Of a DNA stretch of 64,000 nt, positions 1 to 11,133 are shown piece after piece. Source of the stretch: an uncultured bacterium (GTDB lineage: Bacteria > Zixibacteria > MSB-5A5 > GN15 > FEB-12). The translations under genes were made by a program, and so were the position numbers. The notes below the pieces were generated by a model. The model made no database searches and was not told where the DNA came from. It saw only the letters and a list, made by a program, of their open reading frames with translations. Position 1 is the first letter of the stretch, and each line of letters begins with the position of its first letter. The stretch lies in contig CBDVDR010000009.1 in the NCBI GenBank assembly GCA_965372795.1, positions 58,599 to 122,598 on the forward strand. The letters run 5' to 3'.

Positions 1-894
1 ATCCTTAGATATGTTTCTTGAAGCGGAGAGAAAATTATCGGGAGAAATAAATGCCGGAATTGGCTCCTGTAAATTACCCACTGTATCCGGGATAAGCTTT
101 AATTGCAGATTGTGATAATATGAATCCCCATCCTTATTTGACGGATACCACGGGATGGTGGGATAGTTTACATATGGAAAAAAAGAAACAATCAAATAAT
201 TTTCAGATGCAACCGGCTGGTTATCAATAAATGCGGGTTTAAATTTTGCCCATTGAATGGCTGATTGAAGCTGAACATCGTATTGACTATATGTTGAAGA
301 TATTTTTTTGATTTCTACTGGATTTCCTGTTTCATCTATATTCACTTTAAACAATATAAAGGGATTGGCTGTCAAGCTATCGTTTGGCTCCAAATCACAA
401 TAATAGGTAGGGAAAAAATCTAATTTTGCAAATTCAACCTGAATTGAATCAAAAGCAGAGAAGTAAAGGGCTCTGTTAAATATTTTACGGGCGGTATCGA
501 TAGGAAAGTAAACTTCCGGGAAAATCACTTTTTTTTCAAATCGAAGAATACAAGGCAGTAAGAAAGCTACTTTCTTGCCATCTTTTTTTGCAGCCTCAAA
601 TTTTACAGACATCAAATTATCTCTAAAATAATCGACATAGGCTAAATCCTGTACTGTTTCAGGAGTTATTTTTTTAATCTTCCCCTTCTTATCTATAGTA
701 AGATGCACCTTCACATCGTAAATACCATCAACAATTGCAAGCCACCGTTTAGCCGGCTTAAACTTAAATGGTTTAGGAATCGGCAATTGCCAACCAAATA
801 ATTCGGGGCGATCCTTGGCAAAGGTTGATAAGGGGAAACAAACTAAGACTATTAAAATTAATAATTTTCTCATAAACACTTTTGGTCTCATCAT
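1..894 (-). CDS. Secreted protein with two TonB C-terminal-like domains (3' end runs off the window; absent from the ORF track)
   Basis: Manual translation MMRPKVFMRKLLILIVLVCFPLSTFAKD... stays open to base 1. Signal peptide, then two segments resembling TonB_C (VKVHLTIDKKGKI...KFEAAKKDGKKV and FKVNIDETGNPVEI...AKFKPAFIDNQPV). Confidence 0.6.
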   Translation of the reverse strand, partial: MMRPKVFMRKLLILIVLVCFPLSTFAKDRPELFGWQLPIPKPFKFKPAKRWLAIVDGIYDVKVHLTIDKKGKIKKITPETVQDLAYVDYFRDNLMSVKFEAAKKDGKKVAFLLPCILRFEKKVIFPEVYFPIDTARKIFNRALYFSAFDSIQVEFAKLDFFPTYYCDLEPNDSLTANPFILFKVNIDETGNPVEIKKISSTYSQYDVQLQSAIQWAKFKPAFIDNQPVASENYLIVSFFPYVNYPTIPWYPSNKDGDSYYHNLQLKLIPDTVGNLQEPIPAFISPDNFLSASRNISKD

Positions 895-1012
895 TATTTC
901 TTATTAAACAATAATAAAAGAGAGTGGCTTCACAAAAAACTAAAATTTTCAACTTGTTATAATTTGACTACGTTTGTAAAATACAAGAGATCATTTAAAC
1001 GAGTTTAATATT

Positions 1013-1894
1013 ATGAAAAAATATCATCAGATAACTATTGTTTTAGTCATTGCTTTTTACTCTTACTCATTCGGTCAGAGTTCAATTACTATTGATCATA
1101 TTGACGGTGAAATCTCCCCGGGAGTTGTAAATATCTATAATGACATAACTTTCTATTTTCGGATGACCAACAATAGTGGTTTTTCAATTGTAGGTTCCAC
1201 CAATGGATTTGAAATCTATTCACCGGATAATGCCGTTTGGGATACTATTATCCCTGAATTTACAAATTCAAATTACGTTACTATCTATGACAGCCTCATT
1301 TTCATCAACCAATTTAGTTCCAGAGAACCAAGTTATGATACTATCGGATTTGGCGGTTTTGATATACCAATCGGTGGAGAACCACCTGAACAAATAGGCA
1401 TCCCGACTGGATTTAATGAAGTTTTTGCTAAAATGACAATTCAATTTAGCAGTGGGAATGAAAATAAACATATCTGTATTGATTCTGCTTTTTATCGCTC
1501 GGGTGGAAACTGGGTTTGGTCATACATACGTCCAACGAATGGTGATCTTCGAGCTTCATGGAGTGGTCCTTTTTGCTATGAATTAACCAATATACCAACG
1601 GCTGTACATGAAATTTCGCCTGTTGATCTTCCAAAACAATTTAAGCTCCACCAAAACTCCCCCAATCCGTTTAATGCCAGCACCCGGATTGAGTTTGATC
1701 TCCCTCAAGTAACAGATTTTAATCTTTCGATATTTAATATTACCGGTCAGTTAGTAAAGTCTTTTTCATCTGAAAGAGCCAAAGGCAGTCAATCCATTAT
1801 CTGGGATGCGTCCTCGGTGGCGAGCGGAGTTTATTTGTACCGCCTATCTGCCGGTGAATTTCAGGATGTAAAGCGGATGGTTTTGATTAAATAA
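1013..1894 (+). CDS. Secreted protein with FlgD Ig-like / T9SS type A sorting-like C-terminal domain
   Basis: Signal peptide; C-terminal LHQNSPNPFNASTRIEF...SGVYLYRL...KRMVLIK motif. Confidence 0.8.
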   Translation: MKKYHQITIVLVIAFYSYSFGQSSITIDHIDGEISPGVVNIYNDITFYFRMTNNSGFSIVGSTNGFEIYSPDNAVWDTIIPEFTNSNYVTIYDSLIFINQFSSREPSYDTIGFGGFDIPIGGEPPEQIGIPTGFNEVFAKMTIQFSSGNENKHICIDSAFYRSGGNWVWSYIRPTNGDLRASWSGPFCYELTNIPTAVHEISPVDLPKQFKLHQNSPNPFNASTRIEFDLPQVTDFNLSIFNITGQLVKSFSSERAKGSQSIIWDASSVASGVYLYRLSAGEFQDVKRMVLIK

Positions 1895-2023
1895 AATGCG
1901 ATAAAACAAACAATCTCCGTTTTGTTTTTATTTGCTCAAAATCATAATAATAATTATATATAGTAATAGGATTGAGGATTAATCTCTAAAATTTGTAATT
2001 ATCTATTAAAAGGAGAAGATATT

Positions 2024-2143
2024 ATGGCTAAAGGGCAAGATAAGGGTCAAAAAGAAAACAAGAAAAAGGCTAAAAAATCTACCAAGGAAAAACGTAAAGA
2101 CAAAAAAGATAAGAAAAATAAGAAAACAAGCGATTCTGTTTAG
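2024..2143 (+). CDS. 39-aa lysine-rich small protein (below the ORF track cutoff)
   Basis: AAGGAG RBS upstream of ATG; MAKGQDKGQKENKKKAKKSTKEKRKDKKDKKNKKTSDSV; followed by a terminator. Confidence 0.7.
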   Translation: MAKGQDKGQKENKKKAKKSTKEKRKDKKDKKNKKTSDSV

Positions 2144-2182
2144 CTTGTAATATGAAAAGTAACCATTCTTTGAAATTGTCAT

Positions 2183-2213
2183 AAAAAAAGCCCTGTATCA
2201 ACAGGGCTTTTTT
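2183..2213. terminator. Bidirectional intrinsic terminator
   Basis: A7-GCCCTGT atca ACAGGGC-T6 between convergent genes. Confidence 0.85.
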
Positions 2214-2231
2214 GCTATCAAAATTCAATAT

Positions 2232-4529
2232 TTAATAATTATTATATAAATCTTCAATCGCATCAACAATCTTAGCAACGGTCGGTAAACAGGCAGCATC
2301 TCCATCCATTCCATAAGCGACTCTGGAATCAATGGCGGTAACCAGTTTAACCGGAGCTTCAAGATCAAACAATCCCTCACCACTGGTTATAATTCCTGAA
2401 ATTGTATTTGCAGAACCGCCATTAAAGCGATCCTCAGTTACCACAAGAACCTTGCCGCACTCTTTGGCAGTGTTTAGAATTGTTTCCTCGTCAATCGGTT
2501 TCAACGTCCGTAAATCGATAATACGTACATTGATACCTTTCTCACGAGCCAGTTCGGCAGCTTTTCTGCTCATTTGAACGGTTGTGCCATAGGTGATGAG
2601 TCCTATATCTGAAGCTTCTTCATTGTAAACTTTGGCTACTCCAAAAGGTATTAATTCATCAATATCAGGCAGTGCGGTTTCGATTGGAACCCCTTCCCAA
2701 TCCCGACGATTGTATAAGGCTACTGATTCGCAGAATAAAACCGGATCATCACATGCCCAGGCTGTTTTTAATAATCCAGCCGCATCATAGGCATTTGATG
2801 GAACAGCGATTAAAAGACTTGGAATGTTCATCCAGGTTCCCAGATTGCTCTCACTGTGCCAGAATGCCCCAGCACCCTGTTTGTAACCGCCATATGTGGT
2901 TCTGATCACCATCGGCATGGTCCATTGCCCATTGGACCGCTGATAAGTAGTACAGATTCGATCTTTGAGCACCTGAAAAGCGGGAGACATATAATCTAAA
3001 AATTGAATTTCAGGAATCGGACGCCGACCCTGATAACAATGTCCGGTTGCTCGACCCAAAATACCGGCTTCATCCAATGGAGTATTAAAACACCGATCGT
3101 TACCAAATTCACGCTGTAAATTTTTCGAAACCAGAAATACTCCGCCCTTGCCTTTGAGATTTTTCTGTTTTTCAACTTCCTGAATCATGTGACCCGAGAA
3201 ATCGGCGACATCTTCACCAAACAAAAGAACATCATCAGTCATTTGAAACAGATCAAACATCGTGTAATTGACTGCAAATCGCATTGTCATTGGACCGATA
3301 TCTTCAGGCAATTCAGGAGTTTGGTAATAGCCCTTTTCATGATATTCTTTAAATTTCTTTTTTCTATCTACTTTGGAAGCCTGACGATATTTTTTCCAGG
3401 TTTCTTTGGTCTTTTCAAAATCGTAAGCGTAGACCTTGTCCAGAATATGCTCTTTAGTTTTTGGTACAAAAGTCTCAACAGCTTTTATTGATAACTTGGT
3501 AATTTCTTTATCAAGTTCATCCCACATTGTACTAATCTCTTTGGGAGTAATGATGCCTTCTTCTATTAGAGTATTGGCAGTCTTTAAGACACAATCATTA
3601 TAAGTATGCCAATCCTGTTCTACCGGATCCATATAAAATGATTGATCATCCGATCCCGAGTGTGATCCCTCGCGGGTAACTTTAATATTTGCCAGAACCG
3701 GACCCTTGCCTGTTCGAGAATACTCAACGGCTTCTTTAACTTTTGCAAGAGAGTCTTTGATATCGGTACCGTCAATCTGCATGATTTTTAAACCAAAGCG
3801 CTGGAATCCTTCAAACGGCGTAGTTGGATCGCCCTCAGGGAACTGTTCTTCGACAGAAACAGAAATTGCCCAGCCACAGTTATAAATTGCAAATATATTA
3901 GGTGTTTTTTCAAAAGCTGAATAGAAAACCGCTCTTGCGAATTCAGGCGACGACGAAGAACCTTCACCAATACAACACAGTGCGATGGCATCACTCTTAT
4001 AGGCTCCACCAGGTATTGGTGCATTTTCTGAGATAGGAACCTGACATTTAATTGCAGCACCTAATCCGGCAGCTTCAAGAGCATGGGAACCGGTAGGAGA
4101 AGCCTGAGGAAGGATGCTGAACTGGGGATAAGCCGGATGAGCCGGGATTTGCTGCCCGCCAATCTGTGATCGGGAATCGCCAATGGCTTCAAGCATTTTT
4201 TCCCACAAGGAAGATCCTCGATGTAGATCAAATGCTTTATTTCTATAATATCCTATAAACGGATCGGTTACTCTTGTTTCTTCAGCTAAGGCAACATCGA
4301 TAAGTTCTTTACCGCCGCAGCCAATGAAAAACCGGTTGTAACCTTTTCTGAGCAATAGCTTTTCTTCACGCTCCACCCGTCTGGCTTTGAGCATGGTATA
4401 TAACATGCCCTTAAGTTCTTTAGGAGTTTTCCCTGAATATTCTTTGAGGGGCTTATTTTCGTCTTTTACCTTAGGCTTAGCCTCGCCCTCGTACTGAGTA
4501 AGTTTATCAATTAAAGTAAGCAGTTCCAA
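2232..4529 (-). CDS. 2-oxoacid dehydrogenase E1 alpha/beta fusion (TPP-dependent)
   Basis: GEGSSS...N TPP motif, GSHSGSDD loop, beta part GEDV...GGVF...FNTPLDEAGI...EIQFLDY; TTG start with GGAGG RBS. Confidence 0.9.
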   Translation of the reverse strand: MELLTLIDKLTQYEGEAKPKVKDENKPLKEYSGKTPKELKGMLYTMLKARRVEREEKLLLRKGYNRFFIGCGGKELIDVALAEETRVTDPFIGYYRNKAFDLHRGSSLWEKMLEAIGDSRSQIGGQQIPAHPAYPQFSILPQASPTGSHALEAAGLGAAIKCQVPISENAPIPGGAYKSDAIALCCIGEGSSSSPEFARAVFYSAFEKTPNIFAIYNCGWAISVSVEEQFPEGDPTTPFEGFQRFGLKIMQIDGTDIKDSLAKVKEAVEYSRTGKGPVLANIKVTREGSHSGSDDQSFYMDPVEQDWHTYNDCVLKTANTLIEEGIITPKEISTMWDELDKEITKLSIKAVETFVPKTKEHILDKVYAYDFEKTKETWKKYRQASKVDRKKKFKEYHEKGYYQTPELPEDIGPMTMRFAVNYTMFDLFQMTDDVLLFGEDVADFSGHMIQEVEKQKNLKGKGGVFLVSKNLQREFGNDRCFNTPLDEAGILGRATGHCYQGRRPIPEIQFLDYMSPAFQVLKDRICTTYQRSNGQWTMPMVIRTTYGGYKQGAGAFWHSESNLGTWMNIPSLLIAVPSNAYDAAGLLKTAWACDDPVLFCESVALYNRRDWEGVPIETALPDIDELIPFGVAKVYNEEASDIGLITYGTTVQMSRKAAELAREKGINVRIIDLRTLKPIDEETILNTAKECGKVLVVTEDRFNGGSANTISGIITSGEGLFDLEAPVKLVTAIDSRVAYGMDGDAACLPTVAKIVDAIEDLYNNY

Positions 4530-4766
4530 TTTAATCCTCCAATATTTCCATATTTTTTATATCTTATCTCTGGTATACAACAAACTTGTTTTGATTTTGC
4601 TCCCCAAAAAAACATTTTTTTATGAATTTGCAAAAGAATTATTAATAAAATTGAAAAAAATGTACCTTAGGGACATTTTCAGTCCTCGATTGATTTAACT
4701 TGAATTAAATCCTTAATTTAAATATTATATTTCTAGTACAAAATGATATAAAGAAAGGAAGCATAA

Positions 4767-6791
4767 ATGCCCTCAAATAGCAATAAAACAAAGACTAAGA
4801 GGACAAAAAGATATATCACAGAAGTGGACCTTTATAAGTTAAAAATTCCAACTTCAGTAGCGATTTCACCTTCTGAGAACAAAATCGCCTTTACTATTGA
4901 TCGGATGGATAAAAAAGAGAATAAATACTTCTCCAATATATTCATACTCGATATATCAACTGGATTAAGCCAGCAGTATACCCATGGTAATTATAATGAC
5001 CATACCCCGGTTTGGTCGCCGGATGGTGATAAATTAGCCTTTTTATCATCCCGGGACAAAAAAAGCTGTATTTACATCATTTCTGTATCCGGTGGGTCTG
5101 AAAAGAAGGTTTTTGATTGTGAGGGAGCTATTGGAAGCCTCCAATGGACTCCCGATGGGAAACAGTTCCTTATAAATATGAGATATAATGATTCTCATTT
5201 CATTGAAGATAGCAAGAAGAAAACAGAACCTCCCGTCTTCCGTCATGTTACCAGATTATTTTTCAGATTAGATGCGGTCGGATACCTGCCAAAAGACACT
5301 TTCCAAATTTACTCATTGGATATTGAAACCGGAAATACGAGAGTTATTACAAAAGGTAAAAGAGACAATATCTCTCCGAATCTTTCTTCTGACGGTAAAT
5401 GGATTACTTATGTTTCCAATCGCTCCAAAGATCCTGATCTGAATACAATGAGGGACGATCTTTTCATTATCCCGTTTAAAGGTGGAAAAGAAAAACTTAT
5501 CCCCACTCCTGCCGGTCCTGTTGCCGTTCCTATTTTCTCTCCCGATTCTAAACAGATAGCCTATCTCGGGCACGACAACCCGAATGATGCCTGGGGTGTA
5601 ACAAATATTCATATCTGGAAAGTCGGATTAAACGGTAACCCTAAAGCAAAAAATCTCATGCCTAAATTTGACCGCATGGCTTTGGATCAATCAATTGCCG
5701 ATATGGGTGATGTTCACGGTCCCGCCCCTATTTTCTGGTCAAAAGATAATAAACGTATTTATTTCGTTTCATCGGATACCGGTGCCACAAATTTATATTA
5801 TGTCCCTCATTCGGGTGGAAAACCGACCGGAATTTTCAAAGGAAAAAACCATATAAAAGCCTTCTCTGTAAACGGTAAAACAAAAGTTACCGCTTTAATT
5901 TATGCTGACATTAATAATCCCGGTGATATCGTCACCTGCCCAACTCAATACAAAGGTGAAAAGAAAGCGGTTCAACATACCGATTTAAACCGTTTTCTGT
6001 CTTCAGAAATTAAATTGGGTAAAACCAAAGATCTATTTTTCAAATCATTTGATGGCACCGAAGTTCAAGGCTGGCTGCTTTTACCTCCGAATTTTAACCC
6101 AAATAAGAAGTATCCATCAATCCTCCAGATTCATGGCGGACCAAGAACTCAATATGCTCATTCTTTTTTCCATGAAATGCAATTTCTCGCTGCCAAAGGG
6201 TATGTTGTTTTCTATACTAATCCAAGGGGAGGTTCCGGTCGCGGGGAAACCTGGGCCGATGCAATCGCCGGCGGATGGGGTGATCTTGATTATCAGGACT
6301 GCATGGCAGCCGCTGACTATATGGAAAATCTTAAATTTGTCCACCCTAAAAAAATGGGTGTCACCGGCGGATCATACGGCGGCTATATGACAAACTGGAT
6401 AATCGGACATACCAACCGTTTTGCAGGAGCAGTTACCCAGCGTTCGGTTGTAGATTTAAAATCTTTTGTCGGTTCCTCAGATATCGGGTTTGATCTTCCC
6501 CGAGAATTCGATGGCTCGCCCTGGACCAACAAAGAGAACTATGAACATCGCTCTCCGATTACTTACTTCAAAAAAGTTAAAACTCCGGTTCTAATCATTC
6601 ACAGTGAACAGGATTTAAGATGCCACATTGAACAGGCTGATCAGATGTTCGTCATGCTTAAATCACTTGGTAAAAAAGTTGAGATGGTTCGGTTCCCCGA
6701 AGAACCGCACGGGCTTTCAAGGCATGGACGTCCTGACCGCAGAGTTGCAAGACTTGAGTGGATCAATAAATGGTTCAAGAAATATTTATAA
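4767..6791 (+). CDS. S9 family peptidase (dipeptidyl/acylaminoacyl peptidase)
   Basis: PD40-like WSPDG propeller repeats, HGGP, GGSYGG nucleophile, EQDLRC and EEPHG triad residues. Confidence 0.93.
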   Translation: MPSNSNKTKTKRTKRYITEVDLYKLKIPTSVAISPSENKIAFTIDRMDKKENKYFSNIFILDISTGLSQQYTHGNYNDHTPVWSPDGDKLAFLSSRDKKSCIYIISVSGGSEKKVFDCEGAIGSLQWTPDGKQFLINMRYNDSHFIEDSKKKTEPPVFRHVTRLFFRLDAVGYLPKDTFQIYSLDIETGNTRVITKGKRDNISPNLSSDGKWITYVSNRSKDPDLNTMRDDLFIIPFKGGKEKLIPTPAGPVAVPIFSPDSKQIAYLGHDNPNDAWGVTNIHIWKVGLNGNPKAKNLMPKFDRMALDQSIADMGDVHGPAPIFWSKDNKRIYFVSSDTGATNLYYVPHSGGKPTGIFKGKNHIKAFSVNGKTKVTALIYADINNPGDIVTCPTQYKGEKKAVQHTDLNRFLSSEIKLGKTKDLFFKSFDGTEVQGWLLLPPNFNPNKKYPSILQIHGGPRTQYAHSFFHEMQFLAAKGYVVFYTNPRGGSGRGETWADAIAGGWGDLDYQDCMAAADYMENLKFVHPKKMGVTGGSYGGYMTNWIIGHTNRFAGAVTQRSVVDLKSFVGSSDIGFDLPREFDGSPWTNKENYEHRSPITYFKKVKTPVLIIHSEQDLRCHIEQADQMFVMLKSLGKKVEMVRFPEEPHGLSRHGRPDRRVARLEWINKWFKKYL

Positions 6792-6805
6792 AATAACTTT
6801 GCAGT

Positions 6806-6837
6806 AAAGCAGCATTAGCAATAGTGCTGCTTTTTTT
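6806..6837 (+). terminator. Intrinsic terminator
   Basis: AAAGCAGCATTA gcaa TAGTGCTGC followed by T7. Confidence 0.8.
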
Positions 6838-7255
6838 ATGAAGAGATTACCCGATAACCTTCAGCTTTTAAATAACGTACAGCTTCTGCTCTGGTGCGAA
6901 ATGTTTTTGAGACCGATTTTGCGCCGCCTCGATCAAACATCTTCAATAATTGTCCATAGCGAACCGGATTATTAATTACATAGGCCTGAACCACCATATT
7001 ATTTTTCATGCACCAGTCCATATGCTCGCCAATCTTATCAATAACCTCAGGGGTTCCGGCTTTCCAGTTTATTAAATCAATTAATTTAGCCCACGGTTTA
7101 GATATAATTGATGCTGCTTCTTCTTTGAAGTCTTCGTGATAACTAGAAGCGGTATCAATTCTCCAAACTCCAAAAACTTTGGCATACACGATACGATTTT
7201 TCTCATCCACACTTATATTATATTTGAATTGCCAGTCAGGCATTTGATGCTCCAT
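6836..7255 (-). CDS. Hypothetical protein, possibly STAS/SEC14 (SpoIIAA-like) fold
   Basis: 139-aa ORF with KLIDL..W and a C-terminal FRTRAEAVRYL motif. Confidence 0.55.
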   Translation of the reverse strand: MEHQMPDWQFKYNISVDEKNRIVYAKVFGVWRIDTASSYHEDFKEEAASIISKPWAKLIDLINWKAGTPEVIDKIGEHMDWCMKNNMVVQAYVINNPVRYGQLLKMFDRGGAKSVSKTFRTRAEAVRYLKAEGYRVISS

Positions 7256-7503
7256 GAAAATTTAAAGATTATTAGAAATGTAAAGTACTCTTCTAAGTTG
7301 AGATAAATTGAGTAAAATGTCAATTCTTTTATTTACACCGCCTAATTTATCCAGACATTATCTCTTTTCAAGTTATATAGTTTTATTCAATTTTAACAAT
7401 ATTATTCGAAAATCTTTGTTAGATATATCCCTTCCTCATCTTATCTATATACGATTCAAAGGCAAGTTTTGTTAAGTTTGTTTATACTTTTTTAAGCCAA
7501 TAA

Positions 7504-8331
7504 TCAATTATGAATGTATATCAATTTATTTTTATAATCGATTGTAATTTTATGTTGGTATAAAAAAGTTGAACCGAGAATTCCTTCAAATTCTGCGCGC
7601 GGAAGAGATCTTTTTAAACGTTTAAAATCATTAATAATGAAGGCAACATTATTTGATAACAATACATCACTCACTTTAACACTTTTAAAAAGCTCATATT
7701 TAGACTCAGAAGGTTGAATATCCAATTTGTCAGCCAGAGATTTAGAAATTGAAGTAAAAGATGCACAATAATCAAGAATCATTGGCGCCTTAATTTCATC
7801 CTCAAATATCGCATCAACCAAGATTAGATGCCTATACATCTCAAATGAATATTCATGATACTTATTCCCATTTAAAAATTCAGGTTTTTCAGGTTCAAGC
7901 AATATAGTTTTATTGGGGTAATCAATCGTAATATAAAACCCTTTTAGTATCTGATACCCAATAACACCATCAGGCATTCCTGCCGATTTATCCTTAATAA
8001 TATCTGTCATATCAATTGCAATCGCTTTGATATTTGTTAGAACTTCATCTCCAATTTGAAGCGATTTAATACTGATAGGTGATGCCTTTGAAATACCTTT
8101 AACACCGGTAACTGGACGGCTCGGACGAGAAATTATATTGAGATTATTTTCCCTGGCAAAGGTGCGGTCTATATAAAATTGGTCAGCTCCGGTATCAATA
8201 CCGAAGGTTCCTGTTACTTTTCCGTCGATTGTAACCTGCACTTCAACCAGACCCCGTTGGGGATCAAAAGGAAGGCTGCTCCCGAAAGTGGAAGCAGCCA
8301 TTATAAATATTATAAGCAATTTAATGATCAT
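7504..8331 (-). CDS. Secreted two-domain retropepsin-like aspartyl protease
   Basis: Signal peptide; IDTGA...DGVIG and LDYCA...EGILG...ITIDY repeats. Confidence 0.85.
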   Translation of the reverse strand: MIIKLLIIFIMAASTFGSSLPFDPQRGLVEVQVTIDGKVTGTFGIDTGADQFYIDRTFARENNLNIISRPSRPVTGVKGISKASPISIKSLQIGDEVLTNIKAIAIDMTDIIKDKSAGMPDGVIGYQILKGFYITIDYPNKTILLEPEKPEFLNGNKYHEYSFEMYRHLILVDAIFEDEIKAPMILDYCASFTSISKSLADKLDIQPSESKYELFKSVKVSDVLLSNNVAFIINDFKRLKRSLPRAEFEGILGSTFLYQHKITIDYKNKLIYIHN

Positions 8332-8351
8332 TGCAGTTTCTTAACAAAAGA

Positions 8352-10687
8352 TTATACCAGTGATTCTGACCGTCGACGGATATATACTATAATTGATCCA
8401 ATCAAAATTAGTGTCGTACCTAACCATACAAAGTTGATAATCGGTTTGTTAGCAATTGTCATAATTAATCTGTCCGGAGGACCAATCTCCATCATGCCGG
8501 GAATTGTAATTGTTACCAAGTTTTGATCTGCCTGGATTTGTGAAATCTGCATTGAATATTCGTTATTCAACCCAAATTCTGCAGGCATATCAATTATTTT
8601 ATCATCATCATAAACTCTTATAGGTTCAAGTTGGGCAACATACCCTTCAGATTCCACAGTAATATTGGCAATGATTGTCATTCCAGGGTTCGAGCTTGAA
8701 TTATCGCCTTGTTCATAACCATTAAAAGTAAATTTATAAATCCCTAATGTAGTAGAATGTCCCTCCATAATTGAGAGACCTTGACCACTATTTAGTTCCT
8801 GTATCTGTTCAGGTGAAAAATACAGATCATATAACAAAGTCTTATAAACATAAGGCTTTTTCATTATTCCATCAAGTCGCTCTGAATAGTATAGCTGCGG
8901 ACGAGCTTCCTTAATACCGGAACCATCATCATAAGTGAGAATCAGTTTATTATGAGGAAACTCAATATCGTTTTCCATACCAACATATGAGATATCAAGA
9001 CCAAACGCCTGTTCAGTTTCACCGCGAGGAATCACAATTCTTTCATCAACTGAATAAGCTGCTGAACCGAGAATGCCTATCAGCATCAAACCAAATCCGA
9101 AATGTGACAACTGTCCACCCATCAATTTCCATCGACCGGGTAAAAATCCAATCATCGCCACTAAGTTTGTGGTTATTAACAGACCAGCAGAGGCAAAGTA
9201 TAAAATGTATAAATAATTCTTAACGCCCAAGATCCAAGAGATTGCGATTATCAATACAAATGTTCCGATTGACCATTTCAACTGCTTCAACAGATCAGAT
9301 TTTAAAGCAAACATGATTAAACCGGTGACAGTCAAGGTGAAGATAATTCCAAATGTTAAACCGGCATCTAAAACGAAATAGAACAATCCAAAACCGACTA
9401 AAGTTGACCCAAACAATGCCATGTATAATTTATTTTTCCAATTGTCAGGGGTATAGGAATTATAATTCAACAAAGGAGCAACCGTCAAAAATAGTGCGTA
9501 AATAATTGCTATCGGTAATGCAAAACTGTTATAAGTTGACAGATCAGCGGCTCGAGCTTCATTTGTGAATACTGAAGTAGTAAATGGCAATGAAGTCCAG
9601 AACAGTACAATCACGCTGAATAAAAACAGAAGGGTCATTCCGGCAAATAGTGAAAATTCCTTACCATAGTAATTATAATTCAACGGTATGTTTTCAATTG
9701 ATCTAATTCTCGGAATGAAAAATGCCAGAGTCATCACAGTATATAAAATCAAAAATCCGATTAAATATTGGTTTATTCCTAAATCAACAAAACTATGAAC
9801 CGAAAAATCAGCTAAGACACCGCTTCGAGTTAAAAATGTACCGTAGATAACTAAGATAAAGCAGAATGCTGACATTAAAATATTAGTCTTCCTCAAGGCA
9901 CCTGAACGGCGTTCTATAATCATGCCATGAATCATTGCCAGAGAAACAAACCACGGTATAAAAGATGAGTTCTCAACCGGATCCCATGCCCAAAATCCTC
10001 CCCATCCGAGAGTCTTATAAGCCCAGTATCCACCAAGAATATTACCGGCGGCAAGCGTCAATGTGGTAATGACAGCCCATGGAAAAGCCTGCTTACCCAG
10101 GTTGAATAATCATTTTTCAACAAAGCCGCCATCGCCAGAGCAAATGGCACCGCTGCCATTGCATAACCGACAAAAATGACCGGCGGATGAATTACCATCC
10201 ATGGATCCTGAAGCAACGGGTTCAGACCGGCTCCATCGGCAGGAACAAAATCAAGCATCGCAAACGGCGATAATTTAACCATAATAAACAGGAAGAACAG
10301 ATTAACGGCTGAATAAACTGCCATCGCATAATTCCGATACTGTCCGCCCCGGTTTAAAATTAAATATCCAAATAAAGCACTAAATGTTATCCATAATAAG
10401 TAGGTACCTTCCTGCCCACCCCAAAATGATGAGAGAAGATAGAAAAAGGGAAGTGACCGATCAGAATATTCATAAACATATTTGATAACAAACTGATGAC
10501 TGAAAAACAGATAGTATAGATATACAAAAGCTAAAAGAATAATTCCTGTGAAGTAATTATAGCTTTTACGAGCAAGTACTTCAAATGATTTGTTACCGCG
10601 CGCTGTTAGAAAAAAAGCAACTCCGGCAATAACATTAAATATCAGCGCAAGAAAGACTAATAGATCACCGGGGAAATCATATGACAT
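8352..10687 (-). pseudogene. ccmF: Cytochrome c heme lyase CcmF, split into two ORFs (10058-10687 and 8352-10061) by a 1-nt frameshift near 10093
   Basis: N-part has WGGQEG, GLNPLLQDPWMVIHPP; C-part has WAYKTLGWGGFWAWDPVEN, TRSG...SVHSF. Adding one A joins them as WVKQAFPWAVITTLTLAAGNILG. Could be a sequencing error. Confidence 0.85.
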
Positions 10688-10689
10688 TT

Positions 10690-11133
10690 TTATTCTCCAT
10701 CTTCTCCGACTGCTTCATTATGTTTGGTTAATTCCTGGTATTCTTCGCCATCTTCACCCTGATATTTCGATGGGCATTTTACCAGCATCTGGTCAGCAAC
10801 AAAAACATCTTCATCCGTTGTTTTACCTTTAAGCACAACTGATGTTGCCTGATCAAAATTACCCGGTACGACCCCGTAATAAACAACCTGCATTGTCTCT
10901 GCGCCGACTTTATCATCTGCTTCGGCATCATAAACTGCAAATTCCAAACGAGAATCATCAGTGTTGTAACTTACTTTTTCAAAATCAATCTTACCCATAA
11001 CCTGAACTGTTCTGTCAGCCAGACGGGCTTCAGGAATTGTGACATATTGAATTGTAGTTTCAATAAAGGCTGTTGCACCCCAACCCATAAAGACAACAAT
11101 TATAATTCCGCCAATTATATATTTTGCTTTCAT
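10690..11133 (-). CDS. ccmE: Heme chaperone CcmE, cysteine (CxxxY) type
   Basis: N-terminal TM anchor, YYGVVPGNF, KCPSKY motif; ccm context. Confidence 0.9.
   Translation of the reverse strand: MKAKYIIGGIIIVVFMGWGATAFIETTIQYVTIPEARLADRTVQVMGKIDFEKVSYNTDDSRLEFAVYDAEADDKVGAETMQVVYYGVVPGNFDQATSVVLKGKTTDEDVFVADQMLVKCPSKYQGEDGEEYQELTKHNEAVGEDGE

Noticed and set aside
2232..4529. E1 alpha/beta fusion without E2/E3 nearby
   Set aside because: Fused orphan E1 genes are common in FCB-group and related bacteria
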